This document shows, in pieces, positions 55,072-64,000 of a stretch of 64,000 nucleotides of DNA; positions within the stretch are counted from its first letter, which is position 1; the number at the start of each line of letters is the position of its first letter. The stretch comes from Proteromonas lacertae (lineage: Eukaryota): positions 1-64,000 of the forward strand of contig NGBS01000305.1 in the NCBI GenBank assembly GCA_002245135.1. The letters are read 5' to 3'. The position numbers and the translations under genes are program-made. The notes beneath the pieces are model-generated. The model worked only from the letters and a program-made list of their open reading frames with translations, ran no database searches and was not told the DNA's origin.

Positions 55072-55140
55072 TTCAGAAAATACAAAAATATAAAAAACGA
55101 TAGTTAAAACGACTATATTTTTAAAATCAAATTCAAATTT

Positions 55141-55752
55141 ATGAGTATGTTTATTGAGTGAGTTATTTAACATATAGGCAAATCAGGTAATAAATGTGAG
55201 ATTGAAGATGTGGAAGAAGTTGCAGAGAGAGTCAAAAATGGAATAGAAAACATGAGCGATTCTTTAAGAAGATCGTTTATAAGTGGTCATGTTGTAGGTA
55301 GTGTATTATACCTTAAATATGCATTTTTAGAATGAATATGATTCTCTTGATTGGATTATTGATAAATCTGTTGAATATTTACCTGCAATGAGTTTATCGT
55401 TTGGAACTGGTTATGCTACTGGGTATTAACAATTCATTATTTACAAATATAGTGTTTTAATTCATGATACAAGTAGAAAGTTCTTTTTATTTGGTGGTAT
55501 GGTATTTATGGGCATTCAATTTTTGGCTTATAAAGGATATTTAGATGTACATTGGCAAAGGTTGGAAGATGATATGAAAAAAGCATTAGATATTGATAAA
55601 AAAGGCAAAGTATGAGTATTATTCGTTAATTTGTGATATAGGTAAATAAAGAACAAATTAGAAAGAAGATAAAAAGCTTTATTAAGTTTTGTACATACAA
55701 TTTACCTTCCAGTAGTGCATTTGTAGCAGGTTTATATTTTGCATTGAGTTAA
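55141..55752 (+). CDS. FUN14-family mitochondrial outer-membrane protein (absent from the ORF track)
   Basis: Manual splicing gives LSFGTGYATG..GGMVFMGIQFLAYKGYLDVHWQRLE...NLPSSSAFVAGLYFALS*. Confidence 0.85.
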
Positions 55753-55908
55753 AATAGTGTTAATGATATATGTAGTATGTTTTTTGAGGGTTGAATGTGA
55801 TTGAGATAAAATTCTTTATAAAATTATATTTCCAACCATCTTTCTAGAATAATTAGTCTGTTTAGCACAGAGTTATTATGTTTTATTACATAATGTATAT
55901 TTACATAT

Positions 55909-55964
55909 ACTCTTATCAAGCTTTCATTACATTTTTGTCAAGATCTTTAAATAGAAGATGATAT
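55909..55964 (+). repeat. 56-bp direct repeat, left copy
   Basis: actcttatcaagctttcattacatttttgtcaagatctttaaatagaagatgatat is identical to 60198-60253. Confidence 0.95.
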
Positions 55965-56286
55965 ATGGCTATTGATAGAATGAAATAGATTTTACAAATG
56001 AGGATGAAGTTATGACACCAATATATATATAATTATTACAATAGTTGTCAATTAGAAGGAACTGTAATACCAATTTGTATAACTGATATTCAGTTAATTG
56101 AAGAGCATGAAAGAAGGAGTATTCATATGCTTTTAACAAAATTACGTTTGTAATAATGTAGAAAATGAAGATAAATAGTTCAAGCTTGATCAAACTCTAA
56201 ATATAATTCTTTAGAATTCTTAGTGTTTATTTTTGCCCAATTTGCTCAATCCAGTAAAAATAAAAGATGTATATTTTTAATTATTT

Positions 56287-59200
56287 ATGTGTAGGGCAAT
56301 GAAGAGACAAGTAGACTATACTTCCAAAAATACTAGAAAAGCTAAAAGAGCGAGAATAGCTGAAGGTATTAACAGTGAAAATGAGTTTGATAATTTTGTA
56401 GAAATCATTAATAGTTTGAGTCTTTGTGATGATGATGATAAATGTTTAAAATTTAGTGATACAGTGGATATATTTCAGTTTCCTCTAAGAAAAATTTATA
56501 TGAGAGGGTGTTATGAAGTGATGTTTAGAGACATATGTAAAAGTATGTTGTGTTATGACAATGTAGTGATAACAGGTCAACCAGGCATAGGGAAAACCTC
56601 GTTTATATATGCTTTACTGTATTTCATTAAGAATTTACGAATAGACTTTAATAAAACAGAAAAGAAATATTTATTAGAAAGAGAATTGAATAGAGAAAGT
56701 GAAGAAATAGAAGAACTAATAAAAGAATTAAATGTAAAATTTGATGAGAAAAAAGAATCACTAGAAAATGATTTATCAAGCATTGATAGTGTGATAAATA
56801 CATGTAATGTTCGTAAAGAAGAATTGGAAAAAGAAATCAAAACACATTGTGATAATCTAAAGAAGATGATAGTTAATGGTTGTATTAATATATATAATAA
56901 TTTATACTTAATAAAAAATAATAAAAAAAATTGCACATTGTACAATATCGATCAAAATAAAGATATAATACTATCAAAAGAAAAGATGCGTGAACATTGT
57001 CAAGAACGTGGATTATTTTATTTGGATAAAATTAACAGCAGTATGAGTAATATAAATACTGCTACATTTGATGTTAAAGATACAATAATGAATGATTTAG
57101 AAGAAATAGAAAATAAATATAAGAAAAAATCAATTCCATTAAAAGAAATGATTGAATTTTATATCTTAATTAAAAAGATAAATACTAGAATGATGAACAT
57201 AATCAATCTAAATTATTCAGTAAATATAAATAATGCAAGAAAGAGCAAATTAGAAAGTGATTTGGCTGGATTAGATGGTTTATATGGGAAGATTCGAGAC
57301 ATTATGAATATTTCAATGAATAAAAGAAAACAAATAACAAGTGGATTTAAAAAATGCAAAGAATATGAAGAAGAAGTAGAAGAATTAAAAGGATTTAATT
57401 ATTATTTCTTAGATGCTTTTACTAGAAGTGTTAATAAAAAAGGCAACAAAGTTACAATCAACATATTAAAAGATATATATATAGTGAAAGGGAAGAAAAA
57501 CGGAAAGAATGAAGCAATAGTATATCTATTCAAAAATGGTAAAGTTTCGAAAGTTCCAATTCAACCGTGTGATATAAATGATTCAATAATAATAGTGGAT
57601 ACATTTAATGGTACATTTGAAGGTAGAAATAAAATCATATCAATCAGTTCACCTGATCATAAAAATAATGACAAATATACAAAAAATACTACTAAAAAGA
57701 AAGAATTATATTTTGATTCATTAAATGATGAAGAAATTAAAGAATGGTTTGAAAAATGTATTGGTTTTGATGTTGATGTAAATAATGATAAATTTAAAGA
57801 GACATGTCAAAAATATGGTAATATTCCAAGACAGATTTACTTTCACTATTTATATGCAAAGAATTACAATAAAGATTATTGGAAATATTACACAGAATTA
57901 ATCGAAGGTGTAGTTGGTTGTACAAGATATAATGATTTTTTAAAGAATTATATGGATAAAGAGTATTTGAAGAAAGAAGATTCATCAAATATTTTATTAA
58001 AATATGATTTAGAAGAACAATATGATGAATATTTAGGACATAATATATTAACTCCAAAAGATCATTTAAAATTCGTTTCAGATGCTGTAGAAAAATATAT
58101 AGTTAATAAATTCTATCCTGTTAAAGATGAAACAGAATACCAAACAATAAAACAAAACATCGACACAATTGATGATGATGATAAATTTATGAAAAGAATA
58201 GCTATGAAACAAATAATAGCATATGAGTTAAGTACTGGAATTATTGAATTAGAAATGAATCGTAGGGATTGTAATGATGAAGTTACTATAATTGACAGTA
58301 ATCCTGATTTCAAATTAAATTCTGAAAAACATGTATCAATTCATTATCCAGTTGGTGCATTACATTATGTTTATTACATATTGGATGAAGAAAACTATTT
58401 TGATTTGATTATAAATGGAGTGTTTATAAAAATATTCTTAGATGATGAAGAATTTAAAGATGATGATGAATTAGGTTATATTGTTGAAGATGAAACAGAA
58501 GAAAGAATCAGAAAATCAATAAAAGTATCAATATATTATATAATATTTAATTTTATTCTAGGATTATAGTGAAGATAAAAAAGGCACATTCATGTATGCT
58601 GTAATAAAGAATTATAATCTCTATGCATATGATGTAAACTTTGTAATTGAACATTCACCAGATGAAAAACCATCACAATCCTCAGTAACAGAAAGAAAAG
58701 GAAGAGCAGAGAGAAAAATTGCAATAGAAGTTAATACAGAAGTATATGTAGATAGAAACACATTATTGATAATGAGAAAATGTTTCTATGATATGTTGAA
58801 TATTATTTGTAGAGATAAATTTAATTATGATAATCAAAGAAACTATTTGATATTTGGTCATTCTAAAATCGGAAAATCAGTATTATCACACCTTATAAGA
58901 GATTATATTCATGAACACTATAGAAATATTAGAATAGTCTATAAATATAATGATAATACTGTTTCTTATGTTAAAGAAAATTATTATTTTAATAAGAATC
59001 TTCATCCATATATTGTAATTTCTGATGGAGGAGTAATAGGTGAAGATGATTATGCCGATGCAAAATCAGTAATTCTATTAGCTAATCCATCTGAAAAAGA
59101 GTATAAAACTTTTCAAAGTAAAAGATGTCCATTGTTGATATATATACCACCATTTACAAAAGAAGAAGTAAATAAAGTAAAATTAGTTCAAGATGTAGAA

Positions 59201-60127
59201 CTAATTGCAAAAGTAGACAGTGGCATTTATGAATTCAAAGAGTTGAAAAAGAAATCTCTTATAATGAAGAAATATGATTTTTATAAAAGAAACACAGCAA
59301 CTAATGAAGAAGAATATTTACATAATTCTCATAAAGCTGTTTTAGAATTATATGATGAGAATTTTGAATATTATGGTGGTGTAATAGGAAACTATAAATT
59401 TAATGATGTTGAGATTAATAAGCTAATAGAAAGAATTGATGAGAAAATGATTGATGATATTCTAAAAGGTATTAGTAAATCATCATTATGTAAGACAAAT
59501 TATGATAATATACTAATATATGAGACATATGAAGATGATGTTACTAAATCTGGTAATCTTAGATTTATAACTGAGACAATCAGAGATTTGGTAATTAGTA
59601 AAAAAAAGAGAATTGATTGAAATGGCAGATGGAAGAGATTATGCAGGAAATTTGTATGATAAAATTGTATTATATTTGATGAAGAAAGGTGATAAATTTC
59701 AAGAGAATATTGTTAGAAGTATATCTGAAATGAATAGAGCAGATAAATGGTTGAATTTTAAAGTTGTTCCAACAAGTATAACAACAGATGCAGATTTAAA
59801 AAATGAAATTCAAAAATAAATTCCAAACATATCATGATGAATTTAAAATGCCTGTGATTGATTTAGGTTACAGACCTAATTTCCCTGATGTTGATTTATT
59901 TATTGGACCGATAGATATTCAAATCACAAAAAAGAAGTAATAAAGAAAATCCTGAAATGGGATTTAGCAGTAGAACAATAGGAAAATATCCAGAATGTAT
60001 CAAAAATATAGCAATAGAATTAAAAGGTAAAAATGCACATGATTTATTTAAATTAGCAGATGATAATAAAAGTATAATACATATTACATTCCAAGAATTA
60101 AAAAACTATGCTTACTATTTAGCATAA
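56287..60127 (+). CDS. Second Crinkler/RHS-like gene: NTPase B + NTPase A + REase-like motif (three frameshifts at A-runs in the 3' part)
   Basis: GQPGIGKT, SSPD, YGNIPR. A 37-nt intron at 58525-58561 joins in frame to GHSKIGKS, SKRCP, YGGVIG, LRFIT. After shifts at ~59600, ~59815 and ~59930 it reads GYRPNFPDVD...IQIT and runs to TAA at 60127. Confidence 0.75.
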
Positions 60128-60197
60128 CTTCCATTTTATACTATTAATCTTTCATTGTATGTTGTTTTTTGAGAAAAATGAAAATAATATTTGTCAA

Positions 60198-60253
60198 ACT
60201 CTTATCAAGCTTTCATTACATTTTTGTCAAGATCTTTAAATAGAAGATGATAT
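60198..60253 (+). repeat. 56-bp direct repeat, right copy
   Basis: Identical to 55909-55964; similarity continues ~13 bp further with mismatches. Confidence 0.95.
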
Positions 60254-60829
60254 TTGATTATTGATATAGTAAAATCAATGTTTTTAGTTACATTTTATAA
60301 ACAATTTATATACATTTTGTAAACAATTTTACTAATTTGTAGTCAATTTTAATCGATTAAACTCTCCAATTTAATATATTAAAAAAGTTAAAATATTAAC
60401 TTGCTAAAGTGAATGCATTACTTTTCTACTGATAGAATATATTGGAATATTGGAATATAATTATTTATAATACATGGTGGGATTTCACTAAAATTAATAA
60501 AAAGGTTTTTATAATATAATAAAATTATAATAAAATTATAATAAAATATACTGATGTTGTATTATAAAATATTATAATGGATAGGCAAGATGTGACTCCA
60601 TATACATAATTTCAATAACACCAGGTAATATACATTGTTTTTGATAACCTTCAATACTATCACTTTGTAAATATAGATTAGGTTTATTATCATTCATCAA
60701 TATAAAATGTGTTGGTATGTATTCTGGTGGGTATTGAGAATTATTATAAACTTGTAATGGGAATATTATACAATTACTACCATCATTAGGGTATGATTGT
60801 ATAAGTCTATTATAATAATTATATAGTAT

Positions 60830-63800
60830 ATAAATGGGACTCTGGCATAATGTACCATAGTCCCATTTATGTAAGGTTCCTACGGGATTCCTCCCAACAG
60901 GGTCTACTTCTCAACAGAGTCTACTTCCCTACGGGGACTCCTCTAAGCTATTTCTATACCTATCTATGAGACGATCTCCTACAGGTACTCCTGTAAGCTA
61001 TCTAGAAGTGTTGGTTACCTCGAGGTGATGATTCTAATCATGCTCTTGACTCTCCTTGCTACGCTGGTGACCTTGTAAGGGCTTTTAATTGAACCGTGGA
61101 AACCAATCGTGGAACCGGGAGTTTACAATTGTTAACTTGTTACCAATTGGTAACTTCGATAGACTTGAATAGTTGAAATCATTTACCTTGTGAAGTATAA
61201 ATGGATCCAACCCAAGCAACATCTCCATTGAATGATAAAGTAGTCATAGAACAAGACTCTTCCAGGGACTTCAATTTAGCTTCTCAACTATCCCAGGTAA
61301 GCAACTACACACCACTGGTAGAATCATCCTCCGAAGGTAAGGTCAAGAGATCACATAAGGAACTTCATAAGGCAGCTGAGGATCATCCAGCTAAGAAGTC
61401 ACGGGTCAACAAAGTTTATTTCATCGAAGCACTGCTGGAGGTGCCCAAGGAAGTGATTGATCCTAGCAGTATTATAAATGTACGTATTGCTATGTTCAGC
61501 TTTGCTTACTCCGCAATCGCAGCTCTTCATCATCATCAACTCAGTAAGAACGCAGCCACTGAGAATCCCGAGATGTACTCCAAGTACTTAAGCAAGTACA
61601 TCATTAACTACCAACACCCTATAGCAAATCCAATATCATCTTCCAGGCTCATCGACTCCTTTGAAGAGAACAATAACGTGGGTGTTCACATCTATCAATT
61701 GAAGGGATCGCATTTACGATTAGCCAGACGCAGTAGCTGTACTTTACCGATGACTTCTCCTGATCATATAAGTAATGCAGATGATGATGAACGTCTTACT
61801 AATAGAGATTTTGAAGATATCATTTATGATAATGCTAAAAAGTTAGTAAGGTTTAGGTTAGATGAAATAATTGATAAAAGACTTATACCTGTAGAATGTG
61901 TGCATATGAAGTTATTTAATTGGTGTAAATCGTTATATCAACATGGACCATTTTCAAGAAATAAACCTTTACATCAATACAGTTATGAATCAAATAATGA
62001 TGTTAAAATAATAGTTGATAGATTAAATAAAGCAATTGATGAATTATGTATTGCTTCAAATTATATACTTAGGAATAATCCATTTGTCGTGCTTCATCCT
62101 AAAGAAAGATTGAATGTTGTCAAATTAGAAAATAAAAGAATAATAAAAATACAAAAAGAGACAAAGGATCATACTCATCCATTTAATGAAGAAGATGATA
62201 AAGATATATATGATAGTAATAATTATGAAGCAAATACATCAGCACCAGCAAATTCATCACATAATGTTGTAGTACGTCAATCAGCTCAACCACATGCACA
62301 ACAACAACAATCACAAGATAATAATAATGATGATAATGATGATGAAGAAGATGATAATGATTTACCTGATGATCCTTATGAAGATGATCAAGGTAATTTT
62401 TTGCCTTTAGAAGATAATTCTATTCATGCACAAACAATTCAAGTATATAGTTCAAATGCAATAAATAAGATTAGAATTTTTATAAATAAGTTACTGAAAA
62501 CAAAATTTTGGTATATAACAAATCAGCAAGAAAGAACTACATTTTCAATAGCTGTATTAATATATAATTGTGTAACAGAATTATTTTACTTAAGCAAATA
62601 TAGATCACCTAGTTTAAGAGATGGTCATGCATATCCTGAACCTGCTGATTATGATAAAAGAAATATAATGGGTTTACCTTCATCTATTTCTAATGGATAT
62701 CGAATGAATTATATAGCAACAATTCAAAAAATATTAGAGTCAAATAATATAAGGGAAGGTCAAAGAGACACAAATCATTATGCAGATGCAATTATGTTTT
62801 ATATGAATAAATTAACACAAAAGAAGAAATATATTAGTTCATTTCCACCATTATTGCCAGTAGAAGAAGCATTATCTAGAGATTATAATGGAAGATATCA
62901 AGTTACAAATCCTAATAGAGGTAATGTAAATGTAAATTTTAGAAATAATGTTGAACAACAACCAGTTGTTCCACAATTACAATCATCTCAACAGCAACAA
63001 GAAGAAGAAGAATTATCTCCTATATCTTCATCATCATTACAAGATAATCGATCTCAAAATAATAATATAGATGATAATAATGAAGATACATATAATCTTA
63101 GTTATGATGATGACAATATAGCACAACCACCTCCTTTAGTTTCAAGTGATTATAATAATAATTCACCAAGAGAGGTATCACCAGTATATTCACCAGTAAC
63201 ACCACCATTAGCTCCTTATTCTCAACCACCACAACCACCACCATCATCACAACTATCAAATACAGTTCATCATTTTAGATTTGATGGTACAACAAATCAA
63301 GTTCCTTATTCGTCTATTTTGCATATAGGAATAATGGGAATGATGATGAAACTAGTGATACAGATGTTTCTGAAACAGAATGGAATGATGAATATATTTT
63401 CCATTCACTTAAATTAAAATATGATCCAAATAGTAGTAATAATATAAATTATACAAAAATTGCTGATTTAAAACCTCCTACATTTGTTTTATATAGATTT
63501 AATGATGAATCCTAATGTAGTAAATAAACCTAAAAGGAATGTAAGAGCATTTACTCTGAAAGAATTATTACGTTATTATGCAATAGATTTATTTACTAAA
63601 GTAACTTATATATATGATATACAAGGCTATATGAATAATAAATTTAAAAAAGAAAAGATTGTAATAGTAAAAGATAATGTTCATTATGATAATTTTAAAG
63701 AATATGTAAAAAAATTCAATATTCAATTACCAATTAATACACCAGATATATCCATTTAATACATTAGATAAAAAATCACTTATGCTAAGATTATACGGTT

Positions 63801-64000
63801 ATGACTATTATAATAATATTTATACTGAATGTCAATTAAGATTCTTTAATAATAATTTAGCTAAAGCTAAAGAAGATTTATATTTGAGATATCCTTTAAT
63901 TAATATAATTAATGATGATGAAGCTATAGAAAGAGAAGTTTTATTTCCTAAACGATATAGAGTAAATTGGAGTGAACAACCTGGTCAATCTGAAGAAGAA
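60830..64000 (+). mobile_element. Candidate Polinton/Maverick- or virus-derived segment (ORF 61201-63417 and frameshifted continuation off the window)
   Basis: Abrupt GC rise (27/60 GC in line 61381 versus 14/60 in line 61801) and intronless long ORF. The N-terminal motif VPKEV..SIINVR..FAYSAIAALH..NPEMYSKY..PI..IDSFEENNNVGVHIY resembles the region N-terminal to protein-primed PolB in Polintons. Confidence 0.5.

Noticed and set aside
11240..55752. Blastocystis-type stop codons created by polyadenylation
   Set aside because: Every gene I traced ends in a genomic TAA/TAG/TGA. I saw only TGTTTGTA-like variants downstream of a few genes (e.g. ~35404, ~47156).
59595..59940. Programmed ribosomal frameshifting in locus 2
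   Set aside because: All three shifts sit at A homopolymers, and indels also hit housekeeping genes with no shared slippery motif. Sequencing error or decay is simpler.

Overview
Very AT-rich, gene-dense eukaryotic nuclear DNA with ~25-45 nt GT-AG introns. It is best read as a stramenopile, probably Blastocystis/Opalinata-like (mastigoneme-type EGF protein, Ig-repeat surface-protein remnant, tiny introns); the taxon is inferred, not proven. A housekeeping core (~11.2-55.8 kb) holds about 21 spliced genes. These include a mitochondrial carrier, delta-COP, arylsulfatase, TBC GAP, PS decarboxylase, POLE2, cyclophilin, a GT4 glycosyltransferase, syntaxin-6, DZIP1-like, PAAF1-like, DEK/SWIB, Vps34, FAM227-like and FUN14. 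Accessory DNA flanks the core. The left side has a decayed surface-protein gene, a long inverted repeat, a 5S rRNA gene, and a ~2395-aa Crinkler/RHS-type polyprotein (two P-loop NTPase modules, a restriction-endonuclease-like motif, a C-terminal USP deubiquitinase) lying between the intact 5S unit and an internally deleted copy. The right side has a paralogous NTPase/REase gene with its modules in reverse order, bracketed by a perfect 56-bp direct repeat, then a GC-shifted Polinton-like segment. The top findings are this repeat-bounded modular NTPase-REase(-USP) system, a histone H2A-fold/deoxynucleoside-kinase fusion visible only after manual splicing, and a Vps34 with a FYVE-like finger inside its kinase domain. 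All family calls come from motif recognition by eye. Several frameshifts may be assembly errors.
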